In this document: positions 39,930 to 49,003 of the stretch, piece by piece
Layout of the letters: each line of letters begins with the position of its first letter
Numbering within the stretch: the first letter of the stretch is position 1
Assembly: GCA_945865755.1 (NCBI GenBank)
Contig: CAMBFS010000002.1
Span: 355 to 64,354, forward strand
Length of the DNA: 64,000 nucleotides
Source: Klebsiella pneumoniae
GTDB taxonomy: Bacteria; Desulfobacterota; Binatia; Bin18
Direction: 5' to 3'
Notes under the pieces: generated by a model
Databases searched by the model: none
Seen by the model: the letters and a program-made list of their open reading frames with translations, nothing else
What the model was told of the DNA's origin: nothing
Position numbers and translations under genes: made by a program

Positions 39930-41216
39930 ATGATGCGTACTCTTCAACTCCCGCGACGCCACGCCAGCGTCTTCTTTGCCGTCCTCGTCTGGGGGCTCTT
40001 CCTCTCGCCCGTTGTCGCCCGTGCGCAAGACGAAACTCCCGCTGTTGCCTTGTCCCTTGAAGCCTTCGACATGCCTGGGGACGCGGGAGACAGTATCGGC
40101 CTGCGCTGGCCGGTGCTGACAACCGCGTCGCAGACCGCCGTGTACCGCGTCTCGCTCAGCACACAGGAAACCGGGGAGTTCACACACATCGCCGAGTTTG
40201 GCGCACGGACCCATTACGAAACCGACATTAGTGGTCCGTGGTGGGTCTGGGGCGCGAAACGGCGGGATGTCCATTTTTTTCAGGTCAAATCGACCTCGGA
40301 CTTTCGGCTGGAGCGGGACACCACCTATTTCTTTCAGGTGACCTTGAGCGACGGGCAAGCCGAGGTGAAGAGCGCCATCGTCTCAGCCGCGCCGCACGCG
40401 AATCTGTTGAACTGGGCGAAGCTGAACAATCTTGGCATTCTCCTCGCGTTCGCGGCCACGCTGTTGGTGTCGATTCGCCGGGCGCGGGTCAATCCCAATA
40501 TCTTTCTCCGACGGATTCCTGGTCTTGACGCGGTTGAGGAAGCCGTGGGGCGTGCAACCGAGATGGGGCGTCCGGTGCTCTACCTCACGGGCAGTGGGGA
40601 CTTTGGCGGGAGCAGTGACCCCTCTAGTTTGGCGACCATCGCGGCCACGGTGATTCTGAGCGATGTGGCCAAGCGGGTGGCGACCTACGGCGCGGAACTC
40701 AAGGTGCCGCACCGCGCACCGATTGTCATGGCGGTTTGCCAAGAGATGGTGCGCGAAGCCTACTTCGCCGCCGGTCGCCCCGATGCCTACCGCGAGGACA
40801 CCAACTTCTTTATTAGCGGAGACCAGTTCGCCTACACCGCCGCGGTTGATGGCCTGATTTTACGTGAGAAACCAGCGGCCAATTTTTTCATGGGCTATTA
40901 TTACGCGGAGTCCCTGTTGTTGGCGGAAACCGGGGCGACCACCGGGGCGATTCAGATCGCCGGGACGGACGCGGAACATCAGTTGCCGTTCTTCATTACC
41001 ACGTGTGACTATACGTTGATCGGCGAGGAGTTGTATGCCGCGAGCGCGTATCTGTCGCGCGAGCCGGTGCTGGTCGGGACGCTGCGGGGGCAAGATATAG
41101 GCAAAGGCGTGCTGCTTGGCGTCATGGTGATTGGGACGGTGGCGATCACGCTGGGCGAGATTTTCGCTGTCCCGTGGATCAAAACTGTCTTTCAACTCTT
41201 CACTGATATGAAATAG
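39930..41216 (+). CDS. Membrane protein with N-terminal extracytoplasmic FN3-like domain and C-terminal DUF6754-like domain
   Basis: Signal peptide, D.PGDAGDSIGL.W, TTYFFQV; then a TM and RRIPGLDAVEEAVGRATEMGRP...ESLLLAETG...QIAGT...QLPFFITTCDY.LIGEELYAASAYL. Confidence 0.8.
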   Translation: MMRTLQLPRRHASVFFAVLVWGLFLSPVVARAQDETPAVALSLEAFDMPGDAGDSIGLRWPVLTTASQTAVYRVSLSTQETGEFTHIAEFGARTHYETDISGPWWVWGAKRRDVHFFQVKSTSDFRLERDTTYFFQVTLSDGQAEVKSAIVSAAPHANLLNWAKLNNLGILLAFAATLLVSIRRARVNPNIFLRRIPGLDAVEEAVGRATEMGRPVLYLTGSGDFGGSSDPSSLATIAATVILSDVAKRVATYGAELKVPHRAPIVMAVCQEMVREAYFAAGRPDAYREDTNFFISGDQFAYTAAVDGLILREKPAANFFMGYYYAESLLLAETGATTGAIQIAGTDAEHQLPFFITTCDYTLIGEELYAASAYLSREPVLVGTLRGQDIGKGVLLGVMVIGTVAITLGEIFAVPWIKTVFQLFTDMK

Positions 41217-41226
41217 GAGCAGCCCC

Positions 41227-41859
41227 ATGCTTTTTTGGAAACGGACGTTCCCGTTGATGCTCACGTTCCTCTTGGGGGTCACGTTCACGGCCCAGTACTA
41301 CGTCCCGCATCCGGCGTCGGAGTCGTTGCTGACGGAGGTGTCGGTGTGGGGGCAGATTATTGGGGGGTTCGCCATTCTCTTGGGTGTGGGCAGTTTGATT
41401 CGCTCTCACTATGTGAAGATCAAGCGGCGCGAAGCGGGATGGGGCTACAGCGGGGTGATGTTTCTCTCGATGCTCATCATGCTCGCCGCGGGCTTCTGGT
41501 CGGGTGGCAAGACGGAAGCCACGTCGTTTGGGTGGCTCTACAGCTATGTGTTCGTGGCGTTACAGGGGACGATGTTTTCGTTGCTCGCGTTTTTCGTGGC
41601 TTCCGCCGCGTATCGAGCGTTCCGCGCGCGCACCCCGGAAGCCACGGTTTTGTTAGTGGCGGCCATTTTGGTGATGTGGGGCCGGGTGCCGTTGGGTGAG
41701 CATCTGATTTCCGGGATTGGGTCGGTGACCGAGTGGATTATGAACGTGCCCAATACAGCGGCGCAACGTGGCATCCTTATCGGGGTGAGCCTGGGAGGGA
41801 TCGCCACGTCGATTAAAATTATTTGTGGGATTGAGCGGTCGTATCTGGGGAAGGACTGA
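41227..41859 (+). CDS. Conserved hypothetical polytopic membrane protein
   Basis: About 6 TM; FSLLAFFVASAAYRAFRAR, VPNTAAQRGILIG, G.ERSYLG. Confidence 0.85.
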   Translation: MLFWKRTFPLMLTFLLGVTFTAQYYVPHPASESLLTEVSVWGQIIGGFAILLGVGSLIRSHYVKIKRREAGWGYSGVMFLSMLIMLAAGFWSGGKTEATSFGWLYSYVFVALQGTMFSLLAFFVASAAYRAFRARTPEATVLLVAAILVMWGRVPLGEHLISGIGSVTEWIMNVPNTAAQRGILIGVSLGGIATSIKIICGIERSYLGKD

Positions 41860-41901
41860 GGATTGGGGATTTGGGATTGCGGATTGCGGATTTGGAGCAA
41901 G

Positions 41902-42142
41902 GTAGCCCGGATGGAACGGAGTGGAATCCGGGACCTCCTGCTGTGGGCACACGCCGCCCCGGATTCCGCTTTGCTCCATTCGGGCTACAGCTGAGAATTG
42001 CGGATTTGGGATTGCGGACTCGGAGTGATTTTGACATTGAAGTTCAACGAGCAAGGTAGCCCGGATGGAACGGAGTGGAATCCGGGACCTCCTGCTGTGG
42101 GCACGCGCCGCCCCGGATTCCGCTTTGCTCCATCCAGGCTAC
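41902..42142. repeat. Two tandem GTAG-family REP palindromes inside the four-gene operon
   Basis: 87-bp near-identical copies at 41902-41988 and 42056-42142, each preceded by GAGCAAG. Confidence 0.9.
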
Positions 42143-42156
42143 AGGACTGATAACTG

Positions 42157-42993
42157 ATGACTACCTTTATTTCCCGCCTCCTGCGCCTGGACCGGCGTGT
42201 AATTTTCTTGCTGATCGCGGTGGCGACGTTGTTGCCGTTGCTCTATCCCGTGAATTTGCCGATTCGGGTCTCGCCGGAAGTGCAACGGGTCTACGACTAT
42301 ATTGAGCAGCTCCCCGCTGGGTCGTTGATGTTGCTGTCGATGGACTTCGAGCCGGGTGGGAAACCGGAACTCTACCCAATGGCCGTGGCGTTACTGCGCC
42401 ATGCGTTCCAGAAAGATATCAAAGTGCTGGGGATGACGCTGTGGCCGGCGGGCGCGGGCATCGCCGAAATCGCTTTTACTGAAGTGGCGCGGGAAAAAGG
42501 CAAGGTGAAAGGGACGGACTATGTCTTCTTAGGGTACGCGCCTGGGGATGCGAGCGCGGTGATTAGCATGGGTCAGGATTTCCACGCCGCGTTTCCCGCC
42601 GATTATTACGGCACCAAGACAGTGGATATTCCGTTGCTTGAGAAGGTGCGGTCACTGCGCGACATGCAATACGTGATGAGTCTGAGTGTCGGCTTTCCGG
42701 GGATCGACACCTGGTATGTGTACGGCAAGGAAAAATATGGGTTTGAGCTGGGGGGCGGATGCACGGCGGTGAGCGCGCCCCGCTTTTATCCGTTGCTGGA
42801 TACGGGACAGATCAATGGGCTGCTCGGCGGTCTGCGCGGGGCGGCGGAGTATGAAATTCTCCTGGGGGTCAAAGGCAAGGCGATGGCGGGGATGGCGGCG
42901 CAGTCGGCGACACATTTTGTCATTATCTTTCTTATCATCGTCTGTAATGCGCTTTATTTTCTCACTGGACAGGCGCGGGGGAGGCAGCGATGA
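42157..42993 (+). CDS. Conserved hypothetical protein (TM, alpha/beta domain, TM)
   Basis: DRRVIFLLI, DFEPG..PEL.PMA, DYVFLGY.PG, GQINGLLGGLRGAAEYE, Q.ATH..II..I. Confidence 0.85.
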   Translation: MTTFISRLLRLDRRVIFLLIAVATLLPLLYPVNLPIRVSPEVQRVYDYIEQLPAGSLMLLSMDFEPGGKPELYPMAVALLRHAFQKDIKVLGMTLWPAGAGIAEIAFTEVAREKGKVKGTDYVFLGYAPGDASAVISMGQDFHAAFPADYYGTKTVDIPLLEKVRSLRDMQYVMSLSVGFPGIDTWYVYGKEKYGFELGGGCTAVSAPRFYPLLDTGQINGLLGGLRGAAEYEILLGVKGKAMAGMAAQSATHFVIIFLIIVCNALYFLTGQARGRQR

Positions 42994-43712
42994 GTACCGA
43001 AGTCATGATTGGCGCATGGGTCGCGGTGGGCTTGAGCCTGTGCATGTACAGCTTTCTGTATAAGGACAACCCATTTTTCAAGTTCGGGGAGCATGTCTTT
43101 GTCGGGGCCTCGGTCGGCTATCTGTTGATCATCACCTACTACCAAGTGATGACCAACAAGCTCTATATCCCGATGACGCAACAGGGGAAATGGTGGCTCT
43201 TGGTCCCCGCCTTCTTGGGCCTCTTGCTGCTGGCGCGGTTCATTCCCCCCATTGCTTGGCTCAGCCGTATTTCCTTCGCGTTTTTGCTGGGCATCAGTTC
43301 CGGGCTGGCGATTCCACGACAAATCTCGTCGTTCATCCTCAAGCAGGTGGAGGGCACGTTGAAACCGTTAGTGACCGTGGGCGATGGCGGGGTGGTGTGG
43401 ATGACGTGGGCGGGACTCAATGCGTTGCTGGTGTTGGTCGGTGTGGTGAGCGTGCTGTTCTATTTCTTCTTTTCACTGGAACATACGGGGACCGTGCGCC
43501 GGATCGCGCGTGTGGGCATTTACTTTCTCATGGTGTCGTTCGGGGCGGCGTTTGGCTACACGGTGATGGCGCGGATGTCGTTGTTGATTGGCCGGTTTGA
43601 CGAGCTGACGCTCTATGCGTCGGCCGCGTATGGCTACGCCACCCCGGTGTTACTGGTGGCGATGATCGTGGGCTTGTGGTGGTGGGAGCGGGGGCAGGTG
43701 GGGAAGGAGTAG
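42990..43712 (+). CDS. Conserved hypothetical polytopic membrane protein
   Basis: ATGA-coupled; YSFLYKDNPFFKFGEHVFVG, GIYFLMVSFGAAFGYTVMARMSLLIGR. Confidence 0.85.
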   Translation: MSTEVMIGAWVAVGLSLCMYSFLYKDNPFFKFGEHVFVGASVGYLLIITYYQVMTNKLYIPMTQQGKWWLLVPAFLGLLLLARFIPPIAWLSRISFAFLLGISSGLAIPRQISSFILKQVEGTLKPLVTVGDGGVVWMTWAGLNALLVLVGVVSVLFYFFFSLEHTGTVRRIARVGIYFLMVSFGAAFGYTVMARMSLLIGRFDELTLYASAAYGYATPVLLVAMIVGLWWWERGQVGKE

Positions 43713-43810
43713 GGGCTTATTGAACGGTGACTGACAAAATCGGTAGTCACATTGATCCCTCTCACTCTGACCCTCTCCCAGCCGGGAGAGGGAACCTGCA
43801 AGCCACTGTC

Positions 43811-44230
43811 CTACGCTGATGCGGGCGCTTCCGTGACTGGCACCACGACGGGTGGCACTTTCTTGGATTTGCTGCCGGTGGTCATCACGCGCTCGCCTTT
43901 GATACGGGCGGCTTTCCCGGAAAGGCCGCGGAGATAGTACAACTTGGCGCGCCGCACGCGGCCACTGGTGACCACCTCGATTTTATCGATTCGTGGCGAA
44001 TGCAGGGGGAACACCCGTTCGACTCCGACGCCATACGAAACTTTGCGCACCGTGAAGGATTGGCGATTGCCGGCATTGGCTCGGCTAATCACGACGCCCT
44101 CGAAGACCTGAATCCGTTCCTTGTCGCCTTCGATGATTTTGGCGTGGACGCGGATAGTGTCGCCAGGTTTGAAGGTCGGATGGTCACTACGACATTGTTG
44201 CTTTTCAATACGGTCGATCATGTTGCTCAT
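43811..44230 (-). CDS. rplS: 50S ribosomal protein L19
   Basis: [51 protein letters not shown]. Confidence 0.98.
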   Translation of the reverse strand: MSNMIDRIEKQQCRSDHPTFKPGDTIRVHAKIIEGDKERIQVFEGVVISRANAGNRQSFTVRKVSYGVGVERVFPLHSPRIDKIEVVTSGRVRRAKLYYLRGLSGKAARIKGERVMTTGSKSKKVPPVVVPVTEAPASA

Positions 44231-44390
44231 TGTGTTTTTCCTCCATCGCGTTCAGCCGTGAGCCAAGAGCAGAGAAACGTCACCGCGAGAAAGCGTGGCG
44301 AGGGCGCTGTCGCCTCACCGATTTCCCGGTTCTCCGATTCTCCGTGTCTTTGATTGGGTGACTGGGCTGAATGTTGCGGGCTGGGAATAT

Positions 44391-44948
44391 TTACCGTGCC
44401 CCTAGCAGCCGGTCAAGCAGGATAGCGGCGGCGGCACGCACGGACAGGTGATTATAATCGCCAGCGCCGTGGATTGGCTCGAGAATATAGTCGGATTGGT
44501 CCAAAATTTCGTCTATCAAGCCCCAGCCGGTCCCCAGCAGCATGAGCAGTGGTGGACCCGGTGTTTCCGCTAGTTGGCGGACATTGGCGAACGACACCCG
44601 ACGCAACCCCGAGCGGGCCGAGGTCGCCACCAGGCGTGGGCGTTGTCCGGTTTCGGCGTGGATCGCTTTGATCGCGCCATCGAGATCATCGGCGAGTGCC
44701 ACTAGGGAGAGCGCATCCTTGCGAGTTTCATTGTAGGTGCTGCCGTAGCCATGATCCCAGTGGTCGAGAATTTTTTCGGCGAGCAGTCGGAGGGTTCGTG
44801 TCGGGGTCACGACGAAGTAGCGTTTCACACCATACGTCCGTGCTGAGCGGGCGATGTCGTGAATATCCATGTTCGTGATCGACGTGGTCACGATGTTATG
44901 CCCTTTGTCGTAGACGGGGTAATGGATGAGTGCGAGGTAAAAGTCCAT
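44391..44948 (-). CDS. SPOUT-class RNA methyltransferase (trmD-associated)
   Basis: LIHYPVY, TNMDIHDIARS..TYG, LGTGWGL, YNHLSVR.AAAI.LDRL. Confidence 0.92.
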   Translation of the reverse strand: MDFYLALIHYPVYDKGHNIVTTSITNMDIHDIARSARTYGVKRYFVVTPTRTLRLLAEKILDHWDHGYGSTYNETRKDALSLVALADDLDGAIKAIHAETGQRPRLVATSARSGLRRVSFANVRQLAETPGPPLLMLLGTGWGLIDEILDQSDYILEPIHGAGDYNHLSVRAAAAILLDRLLGAR

Positions 44949-45002
44949 GGGGCCAGTCTAGGGCAAGTCTCGGACAAGTCTAGGGTAAGTCTTGGACTTG
45001 TC

Positions 45003-45695
45003 TCAGACTGGCTTGAGACTTGCCTCCGCAAGGAGGTCCGGTCGCCGCTCGCGCGTGCGCTGGAGGGACTGTTGCTGTCGCCAGCTTGCGATCTTGGCGT
45101 GATTGCCGGAAAGCAACACTTCGGGCACGCGCATGCCACGGAACTCCTCTGGCCGTGTGTATTGTGGATACTCGAGCAGTCCATGACTGAAAGACTCTTC
45201 CTCAACTGACTCCTGATTGCCAACGACGCCTGGAATCAACCGCGCGACGGCGTCAATCACCACGAGCGCGGCCATCTCTCCTCCGCTGAGGATGTAGTCA
45301 CCAATAGAGAGTTCTTCATCAATAAATGGACGAATCCGCTCGTCGATGCCCTCGTACCGGCCACAGACCATCACCAGGCTTTCTCGTCGTGCCAGTTCGG
45401 CAACTTTTGTTTGGGTAAGTGGGGTGCCTTGTGGGCAGAGCAGAATGCGCCAGGGGTTGGTGAGTGGTTGGCAAATACTTTCGAGTGCGGTGACGACGGG
45501 CTCTGGCTTCATCACCATGCCTTGCCCACCACCATACGGAGCATCATCGACGGCGTGATGTTTATCCGTCGTGTAGTCCCGCAGGTTATACACCATGCAG
45601 CTCACGATGCCCCTGTCCTGGGCTTTCTTGAGCAGGCTCGCTGATAACGGCGAGGGGAACATTTCCGGGAAGATGGTGATCACATGGAACTGCAT
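45003..45695 (-). CDS. trmD: tRNA (guanine37-N1)-methyltransferase
   Basis: DDAPYGGGQGMVMKPEP, CGRYEGIDER, SIGDYILSGGE, LLEYPQYTRP, LLSGNH. Confidence 0.97.
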   Translation of the reverse strand: MQFHVITIFPEMFPSPLSASLLKKAQDRGIVSCMVYNLRDYTTDKHHAVDDAPYGGGQGMVMKPEPVVTALESICQPLTNPWRILLCPQGTPLTQTKVAELARRESLVMVCGRYEGIDERIRPFIDEELSIGDYILSGGEMAALVVIDAVARLIPGVVGNQESVEEESFSHGLLEYPQYTRPEEFRGMRVPEVLLSGNHAKIASWRQQQSLQRTRERRPDLLAEASLKPV

Positions 45696-45735
45696 AAAAG
45701 TGGATTGGTCTGGACTGGTTTGAGATTGGTGCGCG

Positions 45736-46287
45736 CTAATCCAACAGCCCGGGTAACGGTTCAATGATCGCCAGTTTACCGGGAATATCAATGGACCGCA
45801 CGATGTCTTCAATGACTGGGATCAAGTGTTCTTTTGCTCCTTGGCGCACGACCCAGATGTCATGGCCACCGGAAAAAAAGACTTGCGTGATCTCACCGAT
45901 GTCCGTTCCCGCCGTTGTCCGCACGGTGAGCCCAATGACCTGGTAGTAATAGAACTCCCCCTCCTCCAACGGAGGAAGCACGGTCTCCTCGACCGCAACG
46001 GTCAGATCGCGCAAGGTTTCGGCTTGGTCAATGGAGTCCACGCCGTCGAGCTTGACGATAATAAACGGCGCACGGGGACGCGCTCCAACGACCGTGTGGG
46101 TGTGGAGGAGCTGGCCCTGTGCGTCTTGGAGGAAGACAGTGAGACCTGGGTGTAACGAGCGGCACGGAAACGCGTGCGGAAGGAGACGTAGGTCGCCACG
46201 TACACCGTGTGTGTTCACCAAGCGGCCCAACGGAATGAGCGAAGCCTGGTGGGGGTGATTATTTTTCTTCGATGATTTCGAGGACAA
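45736..46287 (-). CDS. rimM: Ribosome maturation factor RimM
   Basis: LG..VNTHGVRG.L, EGEFYYYQVIGL, G.HD.WVV, HLIP; conserved position. Start uncertain. Confidence 0.93.
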   Translation of the reverse strand: MSSKSSKKNNHPHQASLIPLGRLVNTHGVRGDLRLLPHAFPCRSLHPGLTVFLQDAQGQLLHTHTVVGARPRAPFIIVKLDGVDSIDQAETLRDLTVAVEETVLPPLEEGEFYYYQVIGLTVRTTAGTDIGEITQVFFSGGHDIWVVRQGAKEHLIPVIEDIVRSIDIPGKLAIIEPLPGLLD

Positions 46288-46495
46288 TTTTTCGGTTTGT
46301 CCGTGAGGCGGCAGCGTTGATCAGCGTGCGGATCGATTTCGCGGTGCGCCCTTGTTTTCCGATGATGCGGCCAAGATCCTCCTTGGCTACGCGCAGTTCG
46401 AGAATCGCGGCGGTTTCTCCCTGGATTTCCTTGACCTCGACTTCCTCCGGGTGATTGACCAACGCTTTGGCCAAATATAGTACCAACTCCTTCAT
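46259..46495 (-). CDS. khpA: KH-domain RNA-binding protein
   Basis: LRVAKEDLGRIIGKQGRTAKSIRTL; lies between rpsP and rimM. Confidence 0.93.
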   Translation of the reverse strand: MKELVLYLAKALVNHPEEVEVKEIQGETAAILELRVAKEDLGRIIGKQGRTAKSIRTLINAAASRTNRKIVLEIIEEK

Positions 46496-46528
46496 TAGCG
46501 TCTCCCCCCCCTCACTGTGAGGTCAAAG

Positions 46529-46780
46529 TCATGCTGCGGCGACTGCTGGTCCCGCCATTCTTATCAGTTTCGCCACCGTTTCGGTAGGCTGGGCTCCGGT
46601 CTGTAGCCATTTATCGAGTTTCTCCCGCTTGAGGTTGACCGCGGCGGGGGTTTGCAACGGATCGTAGGTCCCAACCAAATCAATATAACGGCCGTCGCGT
46701 GGCGAGCGTGAGTCCGCCACCACGATGCGGTAAAAGGGTTTTTTCTTTGCCCCGTGGCGGGCGAGTCGGATTTTTACCAT
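46529..46780 (-). CDS. rpsP: 30S ribosomal protein S16
   Basis: [36 protein letters not shown]. Confidence 0.98.
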   Translation of the reverse strand: MVKIRLARHGAKKKPFYRIVVADSRSPRDGRYIDLVGTYDPLQTPAAVNLKREKLDKWLQTGAQPTETVAKLIRMAGPAVAAA

Positions 46781-46818
46781 AACTGTCTGTGCCTTCCTTG
46801 TCTGTTCTGGATGGGGGC

Positions 46819-48156
46819 TTAGAAAAACCGTCCGGGCTTTCCTTTGGGCCCCATCTGCGTGAACGTTCTCATCATTTTTTTTGCGTCAAGATATTGCTTG
46901 AGGAACCGATTGACATCGGCGACCGAGGTGCCACTTCCCGCCGCGATCCGCTTGCGACGACTACCGTTGAGGATTTCCGCCTTCAGGCGTTCCTCGCGTG
47001 TCATCGAGCTCATAATGGCTTCGATATGTTTCATCTCTTTCTCGGCGGCTTCCATGTCCGTGCCTTGCATGAGTTTCTTACCACCAGGAAGCATGGCGAC
47101 CAAATCCGTGATCGACCCGAGCTTTTTCACCATGCGCAACTGTTCTTGGAAATCTTCTAGGGTCAATTGGTTCTTGCGCAGCTTTTTCTCAAGCGCCTCC
47201 GCCTGATTTTGGTCATACAGTTTCTCGGCTTTCTCAATGAGTGACAACATGTCACCCATGCCGAGAATACGAGAGGCGGCGCGGTCGGGGTAAAACGCTT
47301 CGAGCGCATCAAGTTTTTCGCCAACGCCGACAAACAGAATCGGCTTGCCGGTGACCGCCCGCAACGATAAGGCCGCTCCCCCACGTGCATCACCCTCAAT
47401 CTTCGTGAGGATCACCCCATCCACACCGATACGATTGTGGAAGGCGGTGGCGACGTTGACGGCTTCTTGGCCGGTCATGGCATCCGCCACCAACACGACT
47501 TGGTGTGGATGAATAGCGGCTTTCATCCGTTCCAACTCGCCCATCAGCTCATCGTTGATCTGCAAACGACCAGCCGTGTCAATAATCACCACATCACTGG
47601 CATTGCGGCGGGCGGCTTCGACCCCAGCACTCGCGATCGCAACCGGGTCCGTGGCTGTCCCATCCTGTGGGGTGGGATGGATAGGAATGCCAATCTCCTT
47701 GGCGACGATATTCAGTTGTTCAATGGCGGCGGGCCGGTAGGTATCCGCGGGGACGAGATAGGGGGAACGGCGCAGTTCGGTTTTAAGGTAACGAGCGAGC
47801 TTGCCAGCGGTCGTTGTTTTGCCCGCACCATTAAGCCCGACCAGCATAATGACGACAGGTGGGGCCGCGGCAAGATCAAGTTCCGTCCGTTCTCCACCGA
47901 GTAAAGCGATCAGTTCGGTGTGAACGATTTTGATAATCTGCTGTCCAGGTGTCAGGCTCGCAAGGACTTCTTGTCCCAGCGACTGACTCTTCACCCGCTC
48001 GACGAACTCTTTGACAACCTTGAAATTAACATCGGCTTCGAGGAGGGCGAGACGCACCTCACGTAGAGCGTCCTCGATATTTTTTTCGGTGATCTTGCCG
48101 TGCCCGCGCAGGCGACGGAAGACGGATTCTAGCTTTTCGCCGAGTGATTCGAACAT
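46819..48156 (-). CDS. ffh: Signal recognition particle protein
   Basis: [58 protein letters not shown]. Confidence 0.98.
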   Translation of the reverse strand: MFESLGEKLESVFRRLRGHGKITEKNIEDALREVRLALLEADVNFKVVKEFVERVKSQSLGQEVLASLTPGQQIIKIVHTELIALLGGERTELDLAAAPPVVIMLVGLNGAGKTTTAGKLARYLKTELRRSPYLVPADTYRPAAIEQLNIVAKEIGIPIHPTPQDGTATDPVAIASAGVEAARRNASDVVIIDTAGRLQINDELMGELERMKAAIHPHQVVLVADAMTGQEAVNVATAFHNRIGVDGVILTKIEGDARGGAALSLRAVTGKPILFVGVGEKLDALEAFYPDRAASRILGMGDMLSLIEKAEKLYDQNQAEALEKKLRKNQLTLEDFQEQLRMVKKLGSITDLVAMLPGGKKLMQGTDMEAAEKEMKHIEAIMSSMTREERLKAEILNGSRRKRIAAGSGTSVADVNRFLKQYLDAKKMMRTFTQMGPKGKPGRFF

Positions 48157-48300
48157 AAGTAGATAGTGGCTGATTGTTCTAAGGACCTCCTCACATATAG
48201 AAAGGGGCATGGAAAGTCAATGAATTCCACCTGAATTTTCAGCAATGGAGAATGACCCTTTCTTGCACGGATACCGGAAATAGCGTAGCAGTGTGGGGCC

Positions 48301-48771
48301 ATGACAAAAAAAGGTCAATTCTTTTTGGGCATTGCGTGTGTCATTGGGGCGGTGGGCTACCTCATGTATACCGGCATCCGCGAGACCAGCCTGTACTATC
48401 TCACCATCGAAGAATTCTTGCCGACGCGCACGGACTTCGCGAATGAAGGCGTGCGCGTCGCGGGTCGCGTCCAGGCGGGCACCATCAACTGGGACCCGAA
48501 AGACTTGCGCCTCAGTTTTTTTCTTGGCTCATTCAAGGAGGGAGAAACTCCCGCTTCTGATCCCGGCACTGCCGGTTCTGGCGTACTTGTCCGCTACCAA
48601 GGGATTCTGCCCGATATGTTCGCCGAAGGGCGGGATGTGATCGTCGAAGGGCGTTACCATCCGACGGATGTCCTCGAAGCCAAAACCATTATGACCAGTT
48701 GCCCGTCGAAATATGAACCCGCCACCGACGAGCAGCCACCAGCCAGCGGACAACAAGCCTCCACGCGCTAG
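48301..48771 (+). CDS. ccmE: Heme chaperone CcmE (CxxxY type)
   Basis: TM anchor, YYLT..E, PDMF..G..VIVEG, SCPSKY. Confidence 0.92.
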   Translation: MTKKGQFFLGIACVIGAVGYLMYTGIRETSLYYLTIEEFLPTRTDFANEGVRVAGRVQAGTINWDPKDLRLSFFLGSFKEGETPASDPGTAGSGVLVRYQGILPDMFAEGRDVIVEGRYHPTDVLEAKTIMTSCPSKYEPATDEQPPASGQQASTR

Positions 48772-48934
48772 CGTCAACAGGTTGAAGGGTGTCGGAAAAA
48801 AATCAAGGCGCATGTCACTCAATCTCCCTCACCCTGACCCTGTCCTAGCCAGGAGAGGAGACCTGGGAGCACGAGTCTTGCCCTGAGCGATTTGATCGTG
48901 AACATTGAACAACTCGCAACGCTCTCGTCTTGCA

Positions 48935-49002
48935 ACTCATAACTCATAACTCTTCACTCATAACTCATAACTCTTCACTCATAACTTTTCACTCATAACT
49001 TT
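48935..49002. repeat. Tandem ACTCATA/ACTCTTC-type repeat just upstream of ccmF
   Basis: AACTCATAACTCATAACTCTTCACTCATAACTCATAACTCTTCACTCATAACTTTTCACTCATAACTTT read directly. Confidence 0.8.
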
Positions 49003-49003
49003 T

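Noticed and set aside
44950-45020. CAAGTCT-like repeats between trmD and the SPOUT gene
   Set aside because: Short, degenerate and indistinguishable from the general intergenic tandem-repeat background.
46780-48300. SRP RNA, tRNA or rRNA near ffh and the ribosomal genes
   Set aside because: No SRP, T-loop or rRNA signatures were seen by eye anywhere in the window; a covariance search would be needed to exclude them fully.
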